Assembly: GCA_031763465.1 (NCBI GenBank)
Contig: JARFOE010000016.1
Span: 9,991,026 to 10,029,406, forward strand
Direction of reading: 5' to 3'
Length of the DNA stretch: 38,381 nt
Source: Squatina squatina
Taxonomy: Eukaryota
The notes under the pieces were generated by a model that had not been told where the DNA came from, did not search any database, and saw only the letters and a list, made by a program, of their open reading frames with translations. Each line of letters opens with the position of its first letter. Position 1 is the stretch's first letter. Below are positions 24,020-35,771 of this stretch, piece after piece. The position numbers and the translations under genes are program-made.

Positions 24020-24262
24020 GAAATCTAACCTCAGAAGAGCATTCTATACTCCAGCAGTCCGACAATTCCACCATTGTCCAATTATCTGTTAGCAGCAGTT
24101 TATGCTGTAGGGCAATATCCTTAAGGAAGTGGACTGATACTGCCCAAACTCATTTCACATAGGACCCCTGCAGCCAAAGAGAGGAGACTTTCATTCCATC
24201 AGCCTGGGATGTATTTAACTCTAAGTGCCAGAGTTGAAGGGGCAGTGTGTTACACCACTGTA
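24020..24262 (-). mobile_element. LF-SINE-like SINE
   Basis: Minus strand contains cctatgtgaaatgagtt (24147-24163) and tcagtccacttcct. Homologous to copies at 15195 and 33348. Confidence 0.6.
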
Positions 24263-24699
24263 CACCCAGTCTCCATCTGTGTGAGTGCCTGTGCTCACAA
24301 CTGGTGCTGATTCTGGTTCTAAAATCTAAAACAATACAGGCCTCAGTGTATTTAATCAGACCGATGTTTAATCAATAAGAAGAATGTGTGAGCCAGTGTG
24401 TATGCCCAGTCATAGTCAATCAGAAAATGTAGGCTGCAGACAAGAACTTTGGTATATAAGTAACAAGAGACACAAAATCTGATAAAGCACTAACTTGGTG
24501 TAAGGACAAGAACAGAAATTTCAAGTCTGTTCTATTTGTCATGTCAGCCTTTTTTTCTCCTTACACCTCTCCCTTAAGGTGCAGACACTTCCACGGGCAC
24601 CAACAGCTGTCAGGCATCTCACCCAAGCAGCTTTCTTCACATGACGGTGTTATACTTTAAATTGAAAATATTTATCTCAATGCTAGCCTTCTTTTAATC

Positions 24700-24792
24700 T
24701 TACATAGAATTACATAGAATTTACAGCATAGAAACAGGCCATTGGGTCCAAAAGATCTGTGCCAGTGTCTATGCTCCATAGACGCCTCCTCC
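24700..24792 (-). mobile_element. CR1 LINE 3' tail
   Basis: (ttacatagaa) tail repeats and gaaacaggccatt. Confidence 0.65.
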
Positions 24793-24892
24793 NNNNNNNN
24801 NNNNNNNNNNNNNNNNNNNNNNNNNNNNNNNNNNNNNNNNNNNNNNNNNNNNNNNNNNNNNNNNNNNNNNNNNNNNNNNNNNNNNNNNNNNN

Positions 24893-25002
24893 ATCTGCAT
24901 AAAGGACGTAGACTGTTATTTCAATGTTCTTCTGTACACTCTTTCCACCTCTCTCAAAATCACCTCGTTCCATCGTCAGATACAGATCGTTCCTGATGTC
25001 AC
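24893..25002 (-). CDS. DOCK3: DOCK3 coding exon (about exon 15), start of DHR-1, truncated by gap
   Basis: GDIRNDLYLTMERGDFERGGKSVQKNIEITVYVLYAD. Acceptor atgcag|. Confidence 0.96.
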
Positions 25003-26689
25003 CTGCATGACATTTACAGAACACGTCCAAACAAGTCAAGTTAATAAAATTGAACTGGAATAACATAAGGATGAAGCCGACACTCAGCAAACAGTCAGTG
25101 TCGATGGGTGAATGTGCAGATATTGTACACTCAAACCGCAGCGGCAGGGTTAATCCAAACAAAGTGCAGTGCAGGGTCGGGGTCAGATTGAACACAAGCA
25201 CATAGTCAGTGAGTTATGCATCATTCCTACATTTCCCAAAAAAGGCCCCACCTAAAATATTAATCTACCTTCTTATTCAGATACTGACTGAACTGCTGCG
25301 TATCTCCAGCATTGTCTGTTTTTAATTTTGGATCTCCAACAGTTGCAGTTTTTCTTTCAACCTGTTAGCTTGTTCCACTTATATCACCATGGCAAAGTGT
25401 CTTGCACGATACTCTGGCAACAGTGTGCACAGGAGAGCATGAAATGATATGATTGCTGATGCACCGATGCTATTACATTGCTGATTCTATCTAACGTTAT
25501 TCNNNNNNNNNNNNNNNNNNNNNNNNNNNNNNNNNNNNNNNNNNNNNNNNNNNNNNNNNNNNNNNNNNNNNNNNNNNNNNNNNNNNNNNNNNNNNNNNNN
25601 NNCACCACACCCTTCTCTCACAGGCTGTGCAATACATGAATATGCAATTATGATTTGTGTTTCAGAAATGCCAACTGCAATGACATATTACAGAGTCACT
25701 AAATTGTCACATTGCCCTGTTTAGAGGAAGTTATCACCTGCCAGGGTTTTGGGAAGTGTGTTTTATGCTGCTACTGAATTTTTCACCCCCAAAATACTGT
25801 AGGTATATACTAAAGTCTACTCTTCTCAATTGAAAGTTAATTCAAATTATCTGACAATTCAATATTTTAGCACTAAATTCCCACTTTGCTCTTACACTTA
25901 CATTGCTGAATTGGAAAATTCAATTTCTTTTTTGCACAAAAAACAATATTGTAGTCATCAGGAATAGAGTGTATAGAACAGTTGCTCCCTTGATAGTTTA
26001 GTGGATAAGTTCCCAGTGTGGAATTAAACCAACAAAACCAGAATATCCTAGGTGTGATTCCCCATCGGTGCTGAGTTTACTGATCTCAGCTTGGATCACC
26101 ATCATTCCATTAGCTGGACTAAGAAGCGGGAAAATCAGCCCTCGCTCATTAACCAGAGACCTCTGCCAGAAAGTATGCGTGTGGGTGTCAGGTGGAGAGT
26201 GCATCATGTTCGGATGTGAGGTCATGCACTGCCCAACGTCCTGCGGAAACGCATTTTCTGTGCTCACAGATCAAGTATGGTCATTTGGACATATTGACAT
26301 TGAAGGAATCATATCTCAGCCTGAATCAGTGGCTTCAGAAGAGGAAGCAAGTAAATTGAAGTGCCTAATTCAAACCACTGAACAATTTACAATGAAATCA
26401 ACCAGGGCTCAAGAAGCAGTCTATGCCTAATATTCTCTAATAATTAATAATAGACATTTGGAGAAAATTGAATAACAACACGTTGAGTGACTCAGAGCAA
26501 GCAGATCTGGTTGTAAACAAACACATGAACAATGACAGACAGAAAAGACCCTCTGATCTATCAAGTCTGTCCCAGATAACTGCAATGCTTTGCGCATCGC
26601 AATATATTCATTCCCCAACCCATCCAGAACCACGTGGTGTCTTCGAAGAGTGCAGCCTTCTGTCCCCACAAAAATACAAGTGTAACAAC

Positions 26690-26971
26690 TTTTTAGGCCG
26701 TTTCCTGAGTGACCAGCAGTGGCCCCTTTAAGTACTCCTGCTTAGGCCACTCATCACCTGTACGAGTGGGCAGAGCATGGTGGAGCTATTGAGGCAGGCA
26801 CTCAAGCCCATGTATCCCTTTAAACTGTAACTACATCATTAGGACAGCAATTTGCATGTGCAAGAGGCCTACCGCCTGTTTCTGGTGGACACTGCAGTCG
26901 CCCAGGGGTAGGCTCTTTTCAAAACGGCAGTGGCCAGAACGTGGGCGCCAACGGAGAGGTAATTCCAACCC
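26690..26971. mobile_element. PIF/Harbinger-like element, right arm
   Basis: GC-rich block ending gtaattccaaccc. Confidence 0.4.
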
Positions 26972-26999
26972 TCAGTCACAGTGAACATACTTCACTTAC

Positions 27000-27146
27000 G
27001 TGTACACTTTCAGGACAAAATCCTTTTCCTCTCGGAGTTCGGAAATAGATGGCAGAACGTCCATCATACTCAGTACTGCACAGCCGTACGGACGCCGGTA
27101 CTGCACATGAGGAGGGCCTTTCTTCGAATCATTGGATAACATCCGA
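27000..27146 (-). CDS. DOCK3: DOCK3 coding exon (about exon 12), 5' end at gap
   Basis: RMLSNDSKKGPPHVQYRRPYGCAVLSMMDVLPSISELREEKDFVLKVYT. Donor |gtaagt. Confidence 0.96.
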
Positions 27147-29668
27147 NNNNNNNNNNNNNNNNNNNNNNNNNNNNNNNNNNNNNNNNNNNNNNNNNNNNNN
27201 NNNNNNNNNNNNNNNNNNNNNNNNNNNNNNNNNNNNNNNNNNNNNNCTGAAGTTCCCCACCCAAAGTATATTCTGTGTCCTTGCTACCCTCAGCAGGAGG
27301 CGTCCTTGCCCATGCTTGACCTGAAGCCATGAGACTTGGTGGGGTCCAGGGTCAATGCTGAGATCTTTCCTCCGATAGTTCTTTGTGATTTACATTCATT
27401 GAATTCATTAAATGAATGTTGCTTTATCTCTACATAAGATACTTTGCAACACCCCTCGGTCTCCTGTGTGATCAATAGACATTTGCTTTGTCACAATGCT
27501 TGCAAAGTAACAAGCATTTTCTGTTGTCTCGTCATTGAGGTTTAAACTCGGCCTGAGAACTTGTCTATTTCTGAAAGCGTGCTTCAGTGAGTAAAGTCTA
27601 AATGTTATATGCGACTACAGGAACTAATAGGGATTTGGTCAGTTACTGAATCACAGCGTACATAAATAGTGCTTTTATGGTTGGTTCTCTATAAACCCCC
27701 TCACCCAAGAGCACTGCTTGCTTTCAATATCCTCCTTGTACTGCCGCCAAACTACTCATGCTTCCATATATATACCATAATCATCTTAGTGCAGATTAAA
27801 ATGTTCCAATCTTCTTGATCCCTTTTTTTGATTACAGTGATGGAAAGACACAGGATTACGATGAGGGGAGGTTTTACAAGTTCTGATTTACAGAACCAGT
27901 CTACTACCATTCAGTGATATTGCTGACGTCGAATTAATCTCCGAAACTGATGCCACTACCCATATTTTCTCATTTCAAACCTTGCCCTTTCCCTCTTTTC
28001 AATCATTTTTATGGTATTTGTCCAGTGACTCTGTCTCTGGTGAGTTAAGTATTTGAGCCACTGCAAAAGAGCAGATTGATCATCTATCACACAGGAGCAC
28101 AGTTTGTTTCCACAGGGAGAGCTGAGCTCAATCATCCTGTACAGTGGGAGTTTGCACAAGAACATTAACTGTAAATGAGGNNNNNNNNNNNNNNNNNNNN
28201 NNNNNNNNNNNNNNNNNNNNNNNNNNNNNNNNNNNNNNNNNNNNNNNNNNNNNNNNNNNNNNNNNNNNNNNNNNNNNNNNTCAAGTCTCCTCCTCTGCTT
28301 ATGCTTCTGGCAGTGTCCCAAGGGCCAGGTGCAAGTCCTGGTTCCACCAACCACCCCCCAACCACTCCACCCCCAGCTCAGCCTTACAAACCTGGACTAA
28401 ACCTCTCCGCCATTGCTCCTGGCGCATCACTATAAGTAAGGATTGGTTATTATTCACTGCGTAATGTGGTAGCCTGTTCAACAGTCAACAAATTTAAGTG
28501 CAAACAAGTTATTCCTCAAATTCAGCTCATAGCACTTATTAGCTCAATACAGCACCACTTGATATCCACAATACCGATTCCGTTTGATTTTTTTTCCAGA
28601 ACTTGGTTCATGTGACTCCCTCCCCCACTGACAACTTCTTCCAATGTGAATAGATTTAACTTCCTAAGTCTCCGTTTATTGTTCAATGATCTAAATCCCG
28701 AAATCATGTTAGTTTCCTTTTATTGAATCTCTTTCATGCCTATGTATTTATATTTGAATGCTCCATGTCTGAATCGTGTATACCCATAGGGGGTACAGTG
28801 CCATTACTGCAATTGACTACCAAGATATTTAGCAACACTGCACTGCAGATAGCGGAATACAGTTCAGATTTCTCTCTTGCGCACTCTCTGCAGGCTCCAT
28901 AGCTGCCAATAAGGCTGATGAACATCAGGATTACATCAATACTAGTCAGCTGATCTGTGTGCTCCCTGCCAGAGAAGCTGCCACTTTCCCTCCATTGCAA
29001 ACCTCTGCCAGCAATTCTAAAACGCTAATGATCCTCAACAGTGTACACAGTTAGAATAACAATCGTCATTGGCTTATTCTCTCAATCCCATCTTTGTTTG
29101 ACTGCACCAGCTGCCAGGGAGTTGATTATGTCGGAATGCCTGTTTATGCTATACATTATGTCCCTGCCATTACAACTAATATTCATACAAAATGAAGAGC
29201 GTGCACAAAACATTTACTTTGTGGTTCAAATTGGTTNNNNNNNNNNNNNNNNNNNNNNNNNNNNNNNNNNNNNNNNNNNNNNNNNNNNNNNNNNNNNNNN
29301 NNNNNNNNNNNNNNNNNNNNNNNNNNNNNNNNNNNNTTTGAATTTAAACAAAATTATGTGGAGAAGGAGAAGAACTGGATGGGGGAAAATAAACAAATTA
29401 GGCATAGAGAATCAGTTATTATCTGAATCCCAATATTAAAACTATTATCTAAACTCAATTACTTGTGTCTCAGCAGGTCCACAATTTGCTACATTTTAAA
29501 TGTTTAACTACTGTCTTGTAGCGGAGATGAAAGTAAATAAATCCCTTTTTTTAAGATGACATTTTTGGCTTTTGGAGGAGGGAGCACAAGGAGAAGATGG
29601 ACAATGATGTAAACAGTTAGTATTACATAAAATATTCATTATAAACCAAATTCCTTAAATGAACTTAC

Positions 29669-29817
29669 TCATTGCCCCAGTCCAGGCGGACTGTGATGTG
29701 TCGCTTGACATCACGGATTTGGTCTTGGGTCAGATGACCGGATAGAAGCTGTCTCCGCAAATCAATCAGTTCGTTCATCACATGGCGCAGTTTGTAAAAT
29801 AAATCCACCTTGTGTTT
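29669..29817 (-). CDS. DOCK3: DOCK3 coding exon (about exon 6)
   Basis: KHKVDLFYKLRHVMNELIDLRRQLLSGHLTQDQIRDVKRHITVRLDWGNE. Flanks tatag| and |gtaagt, 149 bp. Confidence 0.97.
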
Positions 29818-30440
29818 CTATAGAAAAATAAAGATGGAAGGCATTTAAACACATGTTTTACAATCTTGCTAACAAATTATCTGCTTAACTTCATTCCTGC
29901 ACACTTGGCACTACAACTCTAGACCACAAGCCAACTAAATTTCCACCATACTCACCACAGTAATGGAGTGAGGGGAAGAATTCAATATGTACTTCTTTTA
30001 ACCAGAGCAGAGCAGTTTATTTTTGTGTTCATAAAGATCAAAGTATTAGCATCAAGTATTTCCAATGTCAGTGGTAGTGCAGTAACACACAGTAAATGTC
30101 TCTATTCTGCCTCAGCAACTTCCGTTGGAAACTCTGAAGAATATTCCCTTTCACAGTGGTGTGAATTTTACCATTTCCCATTCACCCTTATAGATTCTCT
30201 AAGTGAGACTAATTCATTGTCACTCCATGATAAATTCTGGGCAGTTTTATATGGTTAGTGCACAGCCAGTATCCCTCACAGCCAGCAGACACATACTTTA
30301 ATCCTGTCAGTGTGAAGCTATAAAAGAATAATGCACGAAGCTAAGAACTGTTCCGGATATCATTGTTCAAAAAAGGATTGTGTCATTCCTGGACTGTTTG
30401 CCAAGGTGCACCTTAACCTCACAGCTGAAACTAGTTTGTT

Positions 30441-30606
30441 TAGAACATAAGAAATAGGAGCAGGAATAGGCCATTTGGCCCCTCGAGCCTGCTCCGCCAT
30501 TCAGTGAGATCACGGCTGATCTTCTACCTCCACTCCACTTTCCTGCCCAATCCCCATATCCCGTGATTCCCCTGGAGTCCAAAACTCTATCTATCTCAGC
30601 CTTGAA
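30441..30606 (-). mobile_element. CR1 LINE 3' end
   Basis: tagaacataagaaataggagcaggaataggccatttggcccctcgagcctgctccgccattc, a CR1 3' UTR. Minus frame reads FKAEIDRVL. Confidence 0.85.
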
Positions 30607-30820
30607 NNNNNNNNNNNNNNNNNNNNNNNNNNNNNNNNNNNNNNNNNNNNNNNNNNNNNNNNNNNNNNNNNNNNNNNNNNNNNNNNNNNNNNNNNNNNNN
30701 NNNNNNCCCTCTGAGAAATACGGCATGCAATGTTAGCAGATGTTTCCCTTTAAGTGAATAATACATTTTTTATAATTTAATGGCATCGATACAATTGTCC
30801 ACTCATCACTGAGTACTCAC

Positions 30821-30876
30821 CCTCGGTTACTGACCACAGCCGCCTTCAGGTGGATATAGCTTGCTGGAAAGAGACC
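30821..30876 (-). CDS. DOCK3: DOCK3 coding exon (about exon 4), end of SH3 domain
   Basis: GLFPASYIHLKAAVVSNR(G). Flanks ttgcag| and |gtgagt, 56 bp. Confidence 0.93.
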
Positions 30877-31626
30877 CTGCAAAGAAAAACAAGTTTTCTT
30901 TTCTTTAAAAGTCTTAATGCAGAACAGACACACTTACAATCAGATAAAGCACATCAAACAAATGGAAAAATGCAGTGACCAGATAGAGTCTGGCCATCGT
31001 GACTCCTTTTCAATAATATGCATAGTTATAGCAATTAGGATTAGGATATGGCCGAACCATTTGTATTGATTTTTTTGTTAAATGTTTAAAAACGGACTCC
31101 TTGTGAGATTATAGTAGTTAGTCTTGTAAAATTTGGAAAATTTAGCAATGCAAATAATGTCATCAATGGACTGAGTAACAGTTAGCAATGAAGATCGGAT
31201 GCATCTCTCAGGAAACACTTCATCACCACTAACAGAANNNNNNNNNNCATTCAGTTTCATATCACAGGGCTGGTAACACAATTAAACCATTTCCCATTCC
31301 TACCCTAAGCCTATGGCATCAACAACCACATTTAAAACAAGGAAAGAAAGAAATCTAAAAACTGATCCAAACTGTTTAACTCATTTATTTTTAAAAAGCT
31401 ATTTCAATTATGAGATCCCCTCTTTAAAATGGTCATACAAAAATGTGACCAAGTGATCAATGGGACATCAAACTGTTGTAAAGTGGCTTTAACAACCAAA
31501 TCAGTGACATCCATGTTTTCACTGCTNNNNNNNNNNNNNNNNNNNNNNNNNNNNNNNNNNNNNNNNNNNNNNNNNNNNNNNNNNNNNNNNNNNNNNNNNN
31601 NNNNNNNNNNNNNNNNNNNNNNNNNN

Positions 31627-31820
31627 GGGAGGGAGGAGAAGGGATGAGGGTAGAGGTGCGGGAAATGGACAGGACACGGTCGAGGGCCATGTCCACCACG
31701 GTAGAAGGGAATCCTCGGTTAATGAAAAAGGAAGATATGTCGGAAGCGCTGGTTTGGAAGGTGGCATCGTCAGAACAGATGCAACGGAGACGGAGGTACT
31801 GAGAGAATGGAATAGAATAC
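31627..31820 (-). mobile_element. Penelope-like retroelement RT thumb/linker fragment
   Basis: Stop-free SIPFSQYLRLRCICSDDATFQTSASDISSFFINRGFPSTVVDMALDRV, matching the PLE SIPySQfLRlrRICS...F..RGYP pattern. Confidence 0.85.
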
Positions 31821-31973
31821 CACTAGTATTTATCAAATGGCAACTCAAAGCTCTACTAAATTTATTGTCTGATTTGGCTGGTGAAGGATTGACGCATGTT
31901 GTTCAATGTTACCAAAGCCCACCACCTGAGTAGCCACTGAACACTTGACCTCGTGTCTTTTATNNNNNNNNNN

Positions 31974-32192
31974 CCTTTTGAGCCTGGTCTGCCATTCATG
32001 GCTGATCATCCAAATTCAGTACACTGTTCCTGCTTTCTTCCCATATCCCCTGATCCCTTTATCCCTAAGAACTGTGTCTAACTCCCTCCTGAATATATTC
32101 AATGATTTGGCCTCAACTACCCTCTGTGGAAGAGAATTCCACAGGATCACCACTCTCTAGGTGAAGAAATTTCTCCTTATCTCAGTCCTAAT
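31974..32192 (-). mobile_element. CR1 LINE 3' end
   Basis: gagcctggtctgccattca...agagaattccacaggatcaccactctc, homologous to the 30441 copy. Confidence 0.8.
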
Positions 32193-33347
32193 AGAACCCC
32201 TTTGCACCCCTCCATAAATCTTTTATGGGAGCAAACTGTAGAATCTATTATGTTTTATCATACTATCTCTTATCAACCAGACATGCCCTAAGCAAACCAG
32301 ATCTCTTAGAGACTTGTATTCTTGTGTGGCTCAGAAATGTCTTCAGGCTGAGATTGGAGCATACAGGTGAGTGCTGTATGCATTGACTATATAGGGCTGT
32401 TGGTGGTTTAATCCTGGCTTCCTCATTGTCAGCTGGAGGCAGGTACTTGGTCATTCACAATGAATAAGACTAGGATAATACACAATACAAACAAATGTTA
32501 CATCCCGGTTTGCGTTCCTTCAGATTAATGCTGTGTGGCTAGAGTTCCAGACTAAGTGCCCCATGGCACTGACCTCAGCAGATAAACCTGACTCATCCCA
32601 AAAGCTCGTCTTCCATCTTTTGAAGAGCCAGGTTTTAAAAACTGGCCATCACACATGCTCCCTTATGCCAATAGATGGTCCTTCTGTGAGTGCCTTTATT
32701 GTATGTCTGACTTAAAAGAACAGTGGAGATCTAGAATGATAGTACGTTAGTACAAATAGATAATCACTTTTTCTTCAAACCGCTTTACTGTCGTATTATA
32801 ATTTTGCTTTTTCACTCTGCTTCAGACTTGAAGTATTTGCGAGGGATTCTTTTCACAGGAGAATTGCAGATGGCAATGCAGCACTTCCTCCTTCTAATAC
32901 CCCTTCCCAAAACTGCAGTTCAAGTTTCACAAAGCCACAATTACTGTTTAATTAACATGGGCATTTATTGCATCTTAAAAAAACTGACGCAACCCGAGAC
33001 TAAAAGAAACCAGTTGAAATTATTTCATTTTATAGAGGGTACCTGTCGCTTAATAATTTAAGTTTTCTGTAAAATGCACATGTAAAAGTGATTAGGCTGT
33101 GTGGAAAAACATATTTTATTACTGAAACTTAGTGACATATAATTAGAAAACATTCTACAGAGTACCTGTAAGTTCTACATCCAATTGTTCTGGAAATTCC
33201 CTCTTACTAATAAGACATAATTTATGGCAATCTTAATCTTATCAAGAAATGAATTATCAAAATTATCTTAAGTAACAGAATTTAATTATGATTATATGTG
33301 GTCAGAAATCTCATTTTGCTAAATGGGATACAAATGCCAGCTAAAAC

Positions 33348-33560
33348 GAGTGGACATTACTGTGAGTTCACACACTGTCCTTTCACCTCTGGGACCTGGA
33401 TACACTTCTGGCCAAGACTGATGGCACGAAAGTCCTCTTTCTCTGCTGAATGCAACAGCCCTAATTGAACCAAGTTGGCACAATTTCAGTCCAATTCCTA
33501 TTCAGCATGGACCTACATTATAAAACTGTGGTGAATTGGCAGTCACACTCAAAGGCAAGG
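33348..33560 (+). mobile_element. LF-SINE-like SINE 5' half
   Basis: cctttcacctctgggacctgg...agactgatggcacgaaagtc...tcagtccaattcct. Confidence 0.55.
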
Positions 33561-33939
33561 ATGGCAGATGTAGAAAATGGAGATACAAGGGTAAATTAAG
33601 CACTCACAGAAGGGAGCCATGTTTGAAGGTGATAGGGGTACAAATTAGTGCAGATTCTTCGGCCTGTGCTCCATTCAAGTGTGGCTACCCACTGGGAGCA
33701 ATGAATTTGCTCTCTAATCACTTTAATTATTGATTACTTCATCCCCAGATGGAGATGTCATTCTTCTTGCACAAGTGAGGCATTTGCATGATGCGCGAAA
33801 GCCACAGAGGAATTCAGAAATCCATACTTGAAATTGGGGNNNNNNNNNNNNNNNNNNNNNNNNNNNNNNNNNNNNNNNNNNNNNNNNNNNNNNNNNNNNN
33901 NNNNNNNNNNNNNNNNNNNNNNNNNNNNNNNNNNNNNNN

Positions 33940-34084
33940 TTTTTCAGTTCTGACGAAGGGTCATCGACCCGAAACGTTGACTGTTTTTCTCTCCACAGAT
34001 GCTGCCTGACCTGCTGTGAGTTTTTCCAGCAATTTTTGTTTGTATTCTAGATTCCAGCATCCGCAGTATTTCGCTTTTGTTTTA
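33940..34084 (+). mobile_element. Penelope-like terminal repeat (pLTR)
   Basis: cagttctgacgaagggtcatcgacccgaaacgttgactg...acagatgctgcctgacctgctg...ttccagcatccgcagtatttcgctttt. Multicopy within the window. Confidence 0.8.
33945..33983 (+). ncRNA. Minimal type I hammerhead ribozyme motif
   Basis: CAGUU-CUGACGA-A-GGGUC-AUC-GACCC-GAA-AC-GU-U-GACUG: helix I, complete catalytic core, 5-bp helix II and palindromic AACGUU in place of helix III. Confidence 0.75.
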
Positions 34085-35649
34085 GCACTGCAGAGTTCGG
34101 GGTTCGAGGGTCCGGCAGCAAGGAGGTTCGTCCAGGGAGCTGCGGTGGCTCGACAGCATTCTTGCAGCGCCATGCCATGATATAGCAGCCTGCACGGACA
34201 ACTGACAAATCGCGTCCGCATGAAAGCTCCCGCTGTAAACAGTGGGGACTGTACCAGAAAAGGCTGAACTCACATCAACGAAGATCAATTTGTCTGTGTT
34301 CGATTACTCAATCAGGCCAGGGGAGGGTCACTATTATAATATTCCATCATAAGGTATTACAACATCTTTGCTGGACTATATTTGAGATCATTAGAAAAAG
34401 CCATAACTATTGGAGGCATACGCACTGTAACCACTTTAACTACTTATTGATTAATGGGTAGAATATGCTGTAAATGCAGGCTAATAGGCACCCTCTTAAA
34501 TGTTAATGAGAACATTCCATTAATGGAGCATTTGCTTAGAAATTGATCAATATATTCTACTGAGGTTTTGGATAATGGGAATATTGTTGCTCACCACCAA
34601 AGTATTTCTCCAAAGTGCTACAATGTTAGTAGAAACACCACCCCCCCCCCCCCACCCCCATGCCCCATCCCGTTGTATTATAAAATGTAGTTTTTAGGTG
34701 GAAACAGAAGGGCAAAAAGGAGAACTGAATTACGTTCCCCAGCGGAAGGAAGGTAACATTTCAAAGCACAATCTACAAATGGCATTTTAGTGTACCAAGA
34801 GGGGTATCCAGAAAAATGAAAATGCAAGGACCACTTTGAAAGCTGTTACGGCCTGACTTGCATTTTTAATTGAAGATCTTAAATAAAAGGCCAGGGCCGG
34901 TCCAGCCAACAATAAAAGGAACAGGAGAAAAGACATGGCAAACCAAGGAGCAGTGCCTCAGTGATGCCAAGTTTGGTTCTTAAGGGCTTGTAGATTTTGG
35001 GTGGAAGGATATACTGAGACTTGATAAAGACAGCAGTGGATTGGAGATGCACCACTGAATAAGAGTCAAGCAGATTAAACATCATGCCTCAGTGCCTAAA
35101 CCTTCTTAAAAGACCTGCTCCATTTATTTAATCTCTTATAGCTTCTTAAGTATTTTGAAACATTCTCCAAACTTCCTCTATTTAATCCTAAATCACTTTC
35201 CAAATAACAGTGGTTAGAGTACAAGAGTCAGCTACTCTTGCAGCCAGACTGCGAGCTCCAATACAAGTCAACATTTACAAATGTCAGAATTTTTTATTTC
35301 GCCTTTTTTTTTACAGCCAAGCCACCCGCAAATTTTCAATTCTTCTCCCAAAGGAAAGATTGTGTCCTTCACACCCATCAACAATGCTATCATTGACTTG
35401 AAAGATATCCAATTCTTTTCAAGTACTGTGATATCTAACATTGATTTTGCTTGTATTCCAAGCTATCAGTAAACCATTTGAGTCTACCTGGAGCATCAGA
35501 CTGGAGTCTGACAGCAACAGCTGGCCCTGTCAAGCTGGCATGGATGATAAGCAGTTTTAAAGAGGAAAAACACACCGGAGTAAAAGTTTGTGTCGGCAAC
35601 AGGATACCTTTCATAATCAAGGTACAATTGTCTTTCATAAAAAGAGAAA

Positions 35650-35771
35650 AAGTCTGGAATTTGTATAACGCCTTTCACGACATCCCAAAGTGCTTTACAG
35701 TCAATGAAGTACTTTTGAAGTGCAGTCACTGTTATGCCGCAGGAAACACTGCAGCCAATTTGCAGACAGCA
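35650..35771 (-). mobile_element. Deu-domain SINE 3' end
   Basis: Reverse complement of the 22437 SINE tail (gcctttcacgacatcccaaagtgctttacagtcaatgaagtacttttgaagtg). Confidence 0.75.

Noticed and set aside
1578-30876. DOCK4 assignment or DOCK3 pseudogene
   Set aside because: DOCK3-characteristic peptides are present (PCCKEDFNGCPNIPSSLIFQ, HKVDLFYKL), and all visible exons are intact with canonical splice sites.
33800-33839. RGIQKSILEIG resembling DOCK3 exon 2 (GLVLEIG)
   Set aside because: Wrong strand for DOCK3, a short match, and cut by a gap. Probably chance.
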